A stretch of DNA of 64,000 bases from Candidatus Yonathbacteria bacterium RIFCSPHIGHO2_02_FULL_44_14 (GCA_001823535.1 MHUT01000012.1:355-64354), one strand, 5' to 3'; counted from the first letter of the stretch, positions 18,080 to 27,379 are shown. Numbers and translations: made by a program. Notes: generated by a model not told the origin, from the sequence alone.

Positions 18080-18828
18080 CTTTTAAACCGGTTGTCATTG
18101 CGATTGTTGGGGGGATACTCCCGGCGCTTGTGTGGCTTTGGTTTTGGTTGAAACAAGATAGGGAGGCTCCCGAGCCTACCGGACTCATCGCATTATCATT
18201 TTTTGCGGGAATGGCGATAGTATACTTTGTGCTTCCTTTGCAAAAACTCGTTCTCGCATCAATATCTCCAATAATGGATACGGCGAATACCCTCGCATTT
18301 AAATTCTCACTGCCTCCACTCAACGAGCAAACTGTTCAAATAACTCTATGGGCTTTTATAGAAGAATTTGCAAAATACGCGACTGTTTTTCTTATCGCCT
18401 TCAAAAGTAATTATTTTGATGAGCCAATGGATGCAATCATTTATCTCATTACTGCCGCCCTCGGTTTCGCAGCAATGGAAAATGTGCTCTATATTCTAAA
18501 AGATCTTGCCCACGGAGGTGCTTTTGAAATATTAGCTAACGGTAATATGCGATTCATCGGTGCAACAATAGTCCACATAGTATCATCGGCGTTTGTGGGT
18601 ATTGCAGTAGCATTCTCATTTTATGCGCCGAGACATATAAAATTTATAACGGTTATTTTGGGAATTTTCATCGCTTCTCTCTTGCACGCATACTTTAATT
18701 TATCTATAATAGAAAGCGATGGAACGATGAGGACACTTTTGGTATTTTCTCAATTTTGGTCAGCGATCATCGGAATCATTGTGTTGCTTGCTTTTGTTAA
18801 ACGCCTACCAAAACCTATTGATAATTAA
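18061..18828 (+). CDS. PrsW-family glutamic intramembrane protease
   Basis: Motifs EPTGLI, IEEFAK, LGFAAMEN and HAYFN. Confidence 0.9.
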   Translation: MAETILTFKPVVIAIVGGILPALVWLWFWLKQDREAPEPTGLIALSFFAGMAIVYFVLPLQKLVLASISPIMDTANTLAFKFSLPPLNEQTVQITLWAFIEEFAKYATVFLIAFKSNYFDEPMDAIIYLITAALGFAAMENVLYILKDLAHGGAFEILANGNMRFIGATIVHIVSSAFVGIAVAFSFYAPRHIKFITVILGIFIASLLHAYFNLSIIESDGTMRTLLVFSQFWSAIIGIIVLLAFVKRLPKPIDN

Positions 18829-18834
18829 ACCATT

Positions 18835-19299
18835 ATGAAACAATCTTTTTTTGAACGACTCACGGGCGCGATTTCTCTCAAGGACCGATCCTCGGATTTT
18901 GAAGAAAACGTCCCTGTTGAGCAGCCTCCACAAAGCTCTTTTAGTCAATGGGAGACGGAAGAGGCTCAGGAGGGCGAACTTGCTGTAGATGTATATCAGA
19001 CAAATGAATCAATTATCATCCAAGCAATGGTCGCTGGTGTAGCTTCTGAAGATCTTTCTGTGTCTGTCACGCGCGAAATGGTAACGATCAAAGGTAGGCG
19101 CGAAGGTCCAAAAGAAATCTCTGCTGAAAATTATTTTTATCAAGAACTCTACTGGGGCGCCTTTTCCCGCACAATTCTTCTCCCTGCCGAAGTTGAAACC
19201 GAGGAGGTAGAAGCGACCGAGAAACACGGGCTTCTTACCATAAGGCTTCCAAAAATAGACAAGGAGCGCAGGCAGACTATCAAGATTAAGTCGATATAG
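18835..19299 (+). CDS. Hsp20/alpha-crystallin small heat-shock protein
   Basis: Motifs VDVYQT, ELYWGAFSRTILLP and HGLLTIRLPK. Confidence 0.93.
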   Translation: MKQSFFERLTGAISLKDRSSDFEENVPVEQPPQSSFSQWETEEAQEGELAVDVYQTNESIIIQAMVAGVASEDLSVSVTREMVTIKGRREGPKEISAENYFYQELYWGAFSRTILLPAEVETEEVEATEKHGLLTIRLPKIDKERRQTIKIKSI

Positions 19300-19366
19300 G
19301 GGAAACATTTGACTGCTGACATATGACAAGTAACAAAAATACCGTAACATTGTTACGGTATTTTTA

Positions 19367-19585
19367 ATGGTGCCGAGGACCAGGGTTGGTCACGGATTAC
19401 TAAGTCTTCTCGTTTGCTTCGCAAACTGTGAGGACTAAGTATCCTCTACCCCGGCTCGCAATTTTTGAAAAAGTCATGAAGAAAACTTTTTCAAAAATAT
19501 TGCTGCGCCTTTCAACCCTTTTATAATGCTCCGCACATTTATCCTCGGCACCATAAGAAAAACCACCCGCAGGTGGTTTTTCTTA
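19367..19585 (-). repeat. Structured 3'-trailer element of tRNA-Phe, with direct and inverted copies of the tRNA 3' end
   Basis: Exact 22-nt direct copy (19367-19388 = 19585-19606); perfect 26-bp inverted repeat 19542-19567/19572-19597; nested hairpins. Confidence 0.85.
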
Positions 19586-19661
19586 TGGTGCCGAGGACCA
19601 GGGTTGAACTGGTGACCCCTCGCTCTTCAGGCGAATGCTCTACCAACTGAGCTACCTCGGC
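19586..19661 (-). tRNA. tRNA-Phe(GAA)
   Basis: GCCGAGGTAGCTCAGTTGGTAGAGCA-TTCGC CT GAA GA GCGAG-GGGTCACCAGTTCAACCCTGGTCCTCGGCACCA. Confidence 0.95.
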
Positions 19662-19687
19662 ATGCGTTTTCTATTGTACCAAAGTTT

Positions 19688-19742
19688 ATGGCCGAGCCTG
19701 CGTCCAAGACGTGAATTTGTTAATTCAGAATCTGCTGATTCG
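19688..19742 (-). repeat. Dispersed ~55-bp repeat, copy upstream of tRNA-Phe
   Basis: 54/55 identical to 33493-33547. Confidence 0.9.
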
Positions 19743-19813
19743 GCTACATCGGCGAATTTTATACTTTTGAAAATTTCAAATAATTGTTAATTATTTGACA
19801 GTACTGTCGCCTA

Positions 19814-20101
19814 CTACTTCCCTATCAAATTCTTCACCGACTGTACATCTGTAGGAATAGAGCCGGCAGTTTTTTCAAAATTTTGAATGATGCCCATCGA
19901 AGTCTGAAAAGTCTTCATATACTTTTGAATCGTTGGCTGAAAATAGTAGTAAACTCCAAAAATGGACCCGAGGATTATCGCCCAATACACGAAAGTAAAA
20001 AACGAACTCCAGCGCTGTGCGCGACGCATAGAGCGGAGAATTTTGTTATTCTCGTGGGTTATTTCTAACAGCTCGTCGAGCTTGCGATCATCAAGGTCCA
20101 T
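19814..20101 (-). CDS. Hypothetical membrane-anchored protein
   Basis: ENNKILRSMRRAQRW followed by a TM helix; -10 box TATAGT 6 nt upstream. Confidence 0.75.
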   Translation of the reverse strand: MDLDDRKLDELLEITHENNKILRSMRRAQRWSSFFTFVYWAIILGSIFGVYYYFQPTIQKYMKTFQTSMGIIQNFEKTAGSIPTDVQSVKNLIGK

Positions 20102-20195
20102 AAATGAACTATATCAGATTTCACCAAAAATTCAAACGCTTTCAGTAAAAAAGCCCGGTTGTTGCCGGGCTTTTGAAAAAATTGACATACTTTGA

Positions 20196-20549
20196 TTATA
20201 CGTGTGCCAGTCGCTCAAACTCGTTCCTATGTGGAACTGTTTTTATTGATACTGGCTTGATTTCCTTGAGACACTCCGCTGGCGCCAAGAGCGACTCTTC
20301 GAGTAATCCTCGGCAGCGAAACCTACAGATTGCCAGCCCATTATCAAGAACCTTCACAACATTAATCTCGATCTTGATCAATCCGTCAAGACAACCCGTG
20401 TAGCAACGCAAAAGCTTGCTACGGGTTCCAGTATCAAGCACATTTACTGAATGGTCCAGAAACTGCTTAAACCGAGCAACGTCGAGAAAGTTTCTTCCTA
20501 ATGCGATTACCTTGGCTCTCCTTTTTGTACAAGTGACTTTTTTTGCCAT
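20196..20549 (-). CDS. Hypothetical protein
   Basis: ATG 20549 preceded by AAGGAAG; hairpin downstream at 20147-20174. Confidence 0.5.
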   Translation of the reverse strand: MAKKVTCTKRRAKVIALGRNFLDVARFKQFLDHSVNVLDTGTRSKLLRCYTGCLDGLIKIEINVVKVLDNGLAICRFRCRGLLEESLLAPAECLKEIKPVSIKTVPHRNEFERLAHV

Positions 20550-20694
20550 GTTACACTTCCTTTCTTTTAGGATAAGACTTGGTTGTAAAAACAAAAAAAT
20601 GGGAATTGCTCCCGCGTGAAATTGTACCACTAGAACCAAAACAATGTCAACTGTTTGTACAAGGCGAATTCAGGTTTTTCTTTGGTGGGCCGTT

Positions 20695-21003
20695 CTAATG
20701 AGGGAAAATGAATTCTCCAAGCACAAACATTAAAAGGGCGAGACCATATAACACTGCCAAGTATTTGCAAACTGACCACTCTTTGTGCTTGACGATAGTA
20801 TAAATTCCGATAACGAAAGATAGCAGACCGGACAGATTAAGTATGAGATTAAGCGCGACATTGAATATTGAGAGTAGAAGATTGCCCTCAATGACAGCAG
20901 AATCTCCCCCTATGGCGAAGGCAAAAATGAGCGAAAACGCCATTGATATAACTAAGACGATACCAAATCCCACCGACCATTTACCTGAACGAGATTGCGG
21001 CAT
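20695..21003 (-). CDS. Small 3-TM membrane protein, paralogue of 21031..21321
   Basis: MPQSRSGKWSVG...KHKEWSV pattern shared with its neighbour. Confidence 0.75.
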   Translation of the reverse strand: MPQSRSGKWSVGFGIVLVISMAFSLIFAFAIGGDSAVIEGNLLLSIFNVALNLILNLSGLLSFVIGIYTIVKHKEWSVCKYLAVLYGLALLMFVLGEFIFPH

Positions 21004-21030
21004 AAAATTTATTTTTATAATAAAAATTAA

Positions 21031-21321
21031 TTAATCATTGATAAATAAACTATGAAGGAGGATAAAAAGTATAGTACATACGCCTATGATGATGGATAGA
21101 AAAACCAAAACAGAACGCTCTTTATATTTCCTAATCGCCAATATTCCGGTGATTAAAGCAATGATGCTTGCCGGGAATGCAACAGCTACTGTTATATCCC
21201 ACCAGTGGTCGTCAAAATTAAGTATTTTTAGTATGAAAACAAGCACGCAAGAAATGGCAATTGCGATTAAGAAAAAGGCGTTCAAACCTACTGACCATTT
21301 ACCTAATTTAGTTTTTGGCAT
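21031..21321 (-). CDS. Small 3-TM membrane protein, paralogue of 20695..21003
   Basis: MPKTKLGKWSVG...KYKERSV. Confidence 0.75.
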   Translation of the reverse strand: MPKTKLGKWSVGLNAFFLIAIAISCVLVFILKILNFDDHWWDITVAVAFPASIIALITGILAIRKYKERSVLVFLSIIIGVCTILFILLHSLFIND

Positions 21322-21791
21322 AGATTATCTTTTCCTCTTGTTAGTTAATATTTTTCCGACTTTATGATTAAAAAATTTTCTTCCCCCAAAATTAAAACAT
21401 GGTTCGAGCCGATGTTTTTCTACGGGTTCTTTTGCGGTTTCGAGCGGTGCGGCTCTGCCACCATTCCGAATTTTCGCGGAGGGAATTTTCCGAAAAAATG
21501 CGTTCAGACTAATTCAAGGATACTGCGCAAGAAGGAAAAGTCAAAGAGTTTTGGTTCGTGGTGCCCCATGTCGGTCTCGGAATTGCGGGTGTCAGACCCC
21601 ACAAGGGTTCCTTGGGTACTTTTAGCGTATCAAACTGAACCCGCTCAGTCTGGTCTCAATAGACACGATAGACACTATAAAAAGAGCTTGGGTTGTGTCT
21701 CGTGAGACATACACCATTTGCTCGCGTCGGAACCTTAAATTTGTAAATGATACAAATGAGACACTAAGACGGCATTTTAAGGCTGTCTCAT

Positions 21792-22265
21792 TTACAGTAG
21801 TTTACCATTTTTATACCACTCCATCGTAATGATCTGACCTGCTTTTTTAGATACTCCAAAGACTATGTATAATCCAAGCCTATAACCATAGCCATCCAGC
21901 CTTTGAGTCAATCCTTCTATTTTCCATATGTCGTCTCGAGCTGGGCTATTATTGGTTTCAATTTCTATGGCAACCAGATTATTTTGATCAGTATTTCTTT
22001 CGTGAACAGCTATATCCAACTCTATTAATTTACCTTTTAAGTATTTAGAGGCGCCTAGATGTTTATTATAAAAAGGATCACTGTGGATGTCACCAGTGTT
22101 AAATTTTTTGGATATTTGTGCTGCAAAACAAGACATAAAATTTCTTTCGACTCTGCCATTCTTCAAGATACCAATCTCGGCTTCGATTGTAGAATTTGCA
22201 GCACTTTCAATTTTGGACATCAGGTCTGCTTCTTCTTTAGTAATTTGTTGTTGACTGTTTGGCAT
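21792..22265 (-). CDS. Hypothetical protein, PD-(D/E)xK nuclease-like
   Basis: E...ELDIAVHER...LVAIEIE pattern; located in the island. Start probably ATG 22265. Confidence 0.55.
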   Translation of the reverse strand: MPNSQQQITKEEADLMSKIESAANSTIEAEIGILKNGRVERNFMSCFAAQISKKFNTGDIHSDPFYNKHLGASKYLKGKLIELDIAVHERNTDQNNLVAIEIETNNSPARDDIWKIEGLTQRLDGYGYRLGLYIVFGVSKKAGQIITMEWYKNGKLL

Positions 22266-22356
22266 ATTAAAATGTGTGCACGACAAACTATGATAGCCAC
22301 GACTTGTCCAACACTCTTATCAAATAAGAACACTTGCAATATTGCGTGTGACTTTA

Positions 22357-23259
22357 TTATTCTTCAAAAAAATAATCAGAGTCTACTTTTTTAATCTGGT
22401 ATGTTGCTAGAATTGATACACCAATATCATGCTCAATCATCAATCTAACCAGTTCTGAACCATCAACAAGAATAACCCTGCAATCTAATTTCTTTACGTA
22501 ATCAAGAGCCTCTTGTGTGAAATTAGATGTTGTAATAAAGATACCTTTCTTTGCAAACTTTCCAGTTAATGCACCTACAAATCCTTGTACATCCGGGCGA
22601 CCAACAGTTCCTTTCCATCGCTTTGCTTGAAGATAAATCAAATCAAGACCCAGTTTGTCTTCTTTGATAATTCCATCTATCCCTTCATCCCCAGTTTTTC
22701 CTAGTGCCTGCCCAGCATCCTTTCTAGAACCACCATATCCCATACCTATAAGTAGATCAACGACCACCTGCTCAAAAAAGGCAGGTGAACCATTCATCAG
22801 ATTACTTAATAAATCAGCCTCTAGGTCCTTTAGAATTCTCTGATAGCTTGATTCTAAAGATTCTTCCGGAGTATTTTCTGAAACATCTTCTTTTTCTTGC
22901 GTCACTTGATCCTCGCTACCATATTGAAACTCGCGAAACGAGGAAAACTGATCCAAAAAATGCGTATCAATAACTTCTGGTTTTTGACTTAGAGCTTTCA
23001 ATCCTTGCTTTGTGATTTTTACGTAACTCTTTTTAGGAGCATCTACTAAACCAGCCTTTTTGAGATATGTTTTTGCCCATCCAGTTCTGTTACTAAAAAT
23101 ACTCATTCTTCCGCTAGGGGTGCGCTGGACAAGTTCGTCTTCGGTTAATTTAAATTCAGCAGAAAGTGCCCCTTCAATTTCTTTAAGAGTATGCTCTTTT
23201 TCATCGGACAATTGTCTTAGGAAAGGCAAAATAATATATCTGAATTTTGGTATAGCCAT
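22357..23259 (-). CDS. mrr: Mrr type IV restriction endonuclease
   Basis: Mrr N-domain NRTGWAKTYLKKAGL; catalytic GDEGIDGIIKEDKLGLDLIYLQAKRW. Confidence 0.95.
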   Translation of the reverse strand: MAIPKFRYIILPFLRQLSDEKEHTLKEIEGALSAEFKLTEDELVQRTPSGRMSIFSNRTGWAKTYLKKAGLVDAPKKSYVKITKQGLKALSQKPEVIDTHFLDQFSSFREFQYGSEDQVTQEKEDVSENTPEESLESSYQRILKDLEADLLSNLMNGSPAFFEQVVVDLLIGMGYGGSRKDAGQALGKTGDEGIDGIIKEDKLGLDLIYLQAKRWKGTVGRPDVQGFVGALTGKFAKKGIFITTSNFTQEALDYVKKLDCRVILVDGSELVRLMIEHDIGVSILATYQIKKVDSDYFFEE

Positions 23260-23360
23260 AAATATTTTGTACTCAAATTATAGCATTTTAGCTAACCTAT
23301 TCAAAAAAAGAGAGTTTTTAAACCTTTTAATTTGGTGGTGGTATCTACCACTAATTACAA

Positions 23361-25247
23361 CTATTTTAGCTGGTAGTAGAAGTAGGTTCCGTTAGGAAAT
23401 TTAATGTTAGGAACCCATAACGGTCGATCTTCCCACCCCTTATTGGCTTCACCCTTTAGCCTATAGAGTGTGAGCACAAGCCTGTCGTTGAAGCGTGCGC
23501 CCATCTCACGGTCAGTAGGAGAGAGTAAGGTACCTGTTCCTTTGCTGATACTTCTCTCTGTTCTGACAATAAGATGACAGTCGTACTTCGCACCTTTCTT
23601 GAGAGTCTCAACACAGTCTGCGAATGAGTGCTGATTCCAAAGATCACTTTTTTCTACACTAACAAGACGCAGTATCTTTTCAGCTTCGTCTAGTGAAATA
23701 TCCTTTTCCATGTCCTTACTACCAAGCTCCGCGTCCAAAGCAGGGAGGCTGGTGTGCGTTGGATTAAGTGGAAAATAATTAACCCCACCCGCGATGACCA
23801 TCAGGTCTTCTTTGAGAACAACGCTCATGCGTGTTGGGCGGGTTCCTTTTGGAGTAAGGAGGCTGACAGCCTGAGGTCCTTTTTCTAGAAGAGTACTGAA
23901 CAGAGCATTGTTAGCATCATTCAGTTCTCGAAAAAGTTTTATGAGCGGTCGCGGACTGAAAAGGCGACAGAGCCCAGGATCTCGGTCATATCCGAATATT
24001 CTGGCGTGTTGCCACGAAGTATCTGCTTGGGGAGTTTTCGCGCTTCTGCAATAATAGACGATTTGCAGACCGGGAAATGTAACACCTCGCCCGAGTGTAT
24101 TACCACCGATCACAATATTGAGACCTTTATCATACACGGATCCTTCCGGTGTTTTTGAGTTCAGAACAGTAATATTTACGCTCGGCATATCGGCACGAAG
24201 GAATCGCATAATTTCATCAAAGGGTTTAATATCTGTTTTTGTTTTTGAAAGCTCCTCCCATGCATCACGTAGATCAAATTCGAGGGTGGAAGAATTTGCA
24301 ATAAGATCGGTTTTCACTCCTTCCAGGAATTTTTCCACCTTTGTCCTTACAGTTGAATGTTCACTTATTTTTACTCCGGGATGAATCAGCATGCTACACG
24401 CCGACCTCTCTTTGGTCAAAAAGAGATCGGATGCCACTACCAAAAAATGAAGGACTGCTTTACGAAGGCCGATTGGCACATGCTCTGCTTTTAGTAAATC
24501 GTCGCGCTCATTATCCTCTGTTTCAATAAGATTTTTTGAGTCCTCGCCATAAAAGAAATCACCGCCGAGATACCCCTTATTTGGTGGCAGATAAAAAGAA
24601 TACTGGGGCTTCCATCCCGATAACTCTATCTGAAGAACAAGAGACTGTGGGGTTGCTGTAACATGGAGGTAAATTGACGATGGAGACTGCTTGTTTATTT
24701 TCTCAAGCAACATATTAATCGTACTCTGCTCATTTTGATTTACTTTTGTGTTGAGACTTGAGGCGTCTGCTTCATCATCGAGAAGAAAAAGTGGTTCATC
24801 CTTATAGATAGGATTTGTAGCAATATTGTTTGCCCACGTCTTCAAAACGCCGGAGTTTTTCTTAAGTACGAGTATCGTCGGCATAGAAAGACCGCGCGTA
24901 AGGAAGGCTTCCTCGTCTGATTCCCCAAGTACATTGAAGCCCGCCATGAATCCTCCGAGAAAATTCTTTGCACGCTCCAGTGTTTGTTTGTGTAGAATAA
25001 CATTATCAGTGGTTACCAATATAAAAAACTTGAATCCTCTGTCAGCAGCTGTAGCCGCGATCGCAAGCATCTGTCCTGTCTTCCCACTCTGCACGTGTCC
25101 ATAAAGCAGGCCAGAAACGTGACTATTGTGGTCAAAAGTATCTATATGCTTCTTTGCAAATTCCTCTGCACTTTTAGTTAGCGCCTCAACAAGCGCTGGG
25201 TTAGTAGCGCCTACTCGTCTTAAATAATTTTCTAAAAATTTGCTCAT
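23361..25247 (-). CDS. SF2 helicase-like NTPase with Z1 domain (N.NgoAVII/H.CglI-like)
   Basis: Motifs GHVQSGKT, LDDEAD, TATPQ, IGGNTLGRGVTF and QHARIFGY. Confidence 0.88.
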   Translation of the reverse strand: MSKFLENYLRRVGATNPALVEALTKSAEEFAKKHIDTFDHNSHVSGLLYGHVQSGKTGQMLAIAATAADRGFKFFILVTTDNVILHKQTLERAKNFLGGFMAGFNVLGESDEEAFLTRGLSMPTILVLKKNSGVLKTWANNIATNPIYKDEPLFLLDDEADASSLNTKVNQNEQSTINMLLEKINKQSPSSIYLHVTATPQSLVLQIELSGWKPQYSFYLPPNKGYLGGDFFYGEDSKNLIETEDNERDDLLKAEHVPIGLRKAVLHFLVVASDLFLTKERSACSMLIHPGVKISEHSTVRTKVEKFLEGVKTDLIANSSTLEFDLRDAWEELSKTKTDIKPFDEIMRFLRADMPSVNITVLNSKTPEGSVYDKGLNIVIGGNTLGRGVTFPGLQIVYYCRSAKTPQADTSWQHARIFGYDRDPGLCRLFSPRPLIKLFRELNDANNALFSTLLEKGPQAVSLLTPKGTRPTRMSVVLKEDLMVIAGGVNYFPLNPTHTSLPALDAELGSKDMEKDISLDEAEKILRLVSVEKSDLWNQHSFADCVETLKKGAKYDCHLIVRTERSISKGTGTLLSPTDREMGARFNDRLVLTLYRLKGEANKGWEDRPLWVPNIKFPNGTYFYYQLK

Positions 25248-25250
25248 ATT

Positions 25251-26303
25251 TTATCTTGAAAAATCTAGCAGCCATACTTCTGGATCGGTGGTCTCCTTAA
25301 GTGAAATTGTATTCCGTCCATATTTTTGAAACACTTCTGGTGTCACAGGCTGTCCGACCTTGAGGCACCCAGCTCTTTCGAGTCTTCCTTTAATCCACCG
25401 GCCTAGAGTTTTCAAGTCGCCTTCTGATCTGAAATTCTTTCCATAGTCTCCCTGAATTTTGCAGTTGAACCGCCACCCGTCGTCAGTGTACACACGGATT
25501 ACTGAGTCTCGTTTTGGATAACCGTCTGCCATAGTTATCTCTATTGGAACAATGAGCTCTACTTCATACCAGTGACGAGGGCGTATTGCTCCTGTACTTT
25601 TCGCAAGCCTTCCTTTCCCAAAATAAGTATTAAGATTACTCTTGGCTTCCGCCTTGAGAGGAAGATCGAATACGCGGTCTGTAAGCGTGCTTTCTATTTT
25701 ACGGTATTCTTCTCCTTCTAGTTTGTCTACATCAATTCTGTCTTTCAGCAAGTCAGGCATTTCAATAAACGTCCCTGGTTTTGGCCAATCGAGAATGTCC
25801 GTTGATGCTTTTACGACGAGTTCGTTATGTAGACCATCAAGCTTCATGAGCACACTCTCCTCGGTAAAAAGAGCATCCACCTCCCATTGTCGATTATCGA
25901 GGATATTACCAAGATTCGATGACCCCATCATTGCGGAAACCGGTGCAGGCTTTCCGTTTTTCCAGAACACATAGGTTTTCCCGTGGAATTTAAAAGCCGT
26001 GCATACGCGCACACTGCCTATACCTTTCTCCTTAAGAAATTCTGCAAGGTCTATAGCAGCTTCATACTGCGCGCGTGTGAATCCCTCTCTCCCGTGCATG
26101 CCGATTACAAGACTGCACATTTTGTCTTTGTTCTCTTCATTATAAAATAGGAGAATCGATTTTAGCTCCAACAGAGAGTCTTCTGTAACATAGCCAGTAG
26201 CTATTTTTATGCTGTCAGAATTAACGATGCCTGATTCAAAAGCTTCGCTGAATGAAGAGTTATCGTACTCACAAGGTTTGATTTTTGAATAAAGTAATTC
26301 CAT
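25251..26303 (-). CDS. PLD-family restriction endonuclease (NgoFVII/R.NgoAVII-like)
   Basis: Motifs FHGKTY...GSSNL, RPRHWYEVE and KNFRSEGDLKTLGRWIKGRLE. Confidence 0.88.
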   Translation of the reverse strand: MELLYSKIKPCEYDNSSFSEAFESGIVNSDSIKIATGYVTEDSLLELKSILLFYNEENKDKMCSLVIGMHGREGFTRAQYEAAIDLAEFLKEKGIGSVRVCTAFKFHGKTYVFWKNGKPAPVSAMMGSSNLGNILDNRQWEVDALFTEESVLMKLDGLHNELVVKASTDILDWPKPGTFIEMPDLLKDRIDVDKLEGEEYRKIESTLTDRVFDLPLKAEAKSNLNTYFGKGRLAKSTGAIRPRHWYEVELIVPIEITMADGYPKRDSVIRVYTDDGWRFNCKIQGDYGKNFRSEGDLKTLGRWIKGRLERAGCLKVGQPVTPEVFQKYGRNTISLKETTDPEVWLLDFSR

Positions 26304-26314
26304 ACGAACTTATT

Positions 26315-27379
26315 TTACATATCAGATACTTCATCTAAAAACTTCCTAATTGCTTTTGCAATCGGCTTTATTCCAGCAGGTGGCACAGAATTACCAATCT
26401 GCCTTCTAACCTCAGTTATCGATCCAACGAACTCAAAATCATCTGGATAGCCAAATAGACGGGCACGTTCTCGATTAGTGAGAGGCCGGTTTTCTTTCCA
26501 ATGGTACCCCCATGTACCCCCACCACCACCAGCAATAATAGTAGTCGAGGGCTTATCTGGATGCAAGCGACGGTATACATGGGAGATCATCCCCTTCACA
26601 TAGTGCGGTGAGGTTTTAGGGATATCGGTGAAGTTTCCACCTGGCGGAATCAGTCTCAATTTTGCGACCGTGCTTGGATTAATGTTTTGGTGCTCGTTAT
26701 TGAAAAATACTTTTTCAGCATCCTTCAGAGCTTCTTTTGCCGTAACATACTTATCTGGTGTATGAGTGGGAAATGGTAGCTTAAATTCTTTATTAAGATC
26801 GTTACGGACACCAATGATTAACACACGCCGGCGAAGCTGGGGAGCGCCGTAGTCTGCAAAGTTTATAGGATAAACATTCACTTTATAGCCTGCCTTTCCA
26901 AAATCGTCCACTATCTGAGTGACTGCGTTGCCTTTGTTTGCGCTTAAAAGTCCTCTAACATTTTCGGCAACAAACATTTTCGGCTGCTTCGCCAAAACAA
27001 CACGAACGAATTGCCTATACAGGTTCCCACGATCAGTTTTAAGACCCATACGCTTCCAGATCATGCTGAAATCCTGACATGGAAACCCGCCGAGAACAAT
27101 GTCACATTCTGGAATATCTTCATTTTTAACAGCGGTTATACTCCCTTCCATTATATGGTCGCCAAAATTTTTCTTGAAAGTTTCGCAGGCCCAGTGGTTC
27201 ACATCATTTGCCCACAAGATATCAAATCCTGCATCTTTGAAACCGAGGTCCATTCCACCGGACCCAGAAAAAAGAGAGGCCACGCGGTGTACTTTTTTCT
27301 CTATAACGGACTTGCCCGAGCGGGCAACCTGTGGCTTCGCTGAACGGTTATTTTGTTTTTGTGGAGTTGTTGTTCTCAT
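26315..27379 (-). CDS. DNA (cytosine-5) methyltransferase
   Basis: Motifs LFSGSGG, GGFPCQDFS, ENVRG, QLRRR and QIGNSVP. Confidence 0.96.
   Translation of the reverse strand: MRTTTPQKQNNRSAKPQVARSGKSVIEKKVHRVASLFSGSGGMDLGFKDAGFDILWANDVNHWACETFKKNFGDHIMEGSITAVKNEDIPECDIVLGGFPCQDFSMIWKRMGLKTDRGNLYRQFVRVVLAKQPKMFVAENVRGLLSANKGNAVTQIVDDFGKAGYKVNVYPINFADYGAPQLRRRVLIIGVRNDLNKEFKLPFPTHTPDKYVTAKEALKDAEKVFFNNEHQNINPSTVAKLRLIPPGGNFTDIPKTSPHYVKGMISHVYRRLHPDKPSTTIIAGGGGGTWGYHWKENRPLTNRERARLFGYPDDFEFVGSITEVRRQIGNSVPPAGIKPIAKAIRKFLDEVSDM

Noticed and set aside
21364-21705. 113-aa ORF spanning the island's left junction
   Set aside because: It crosses the predicted att site, has no recognisable motif and is probably a chance frame.
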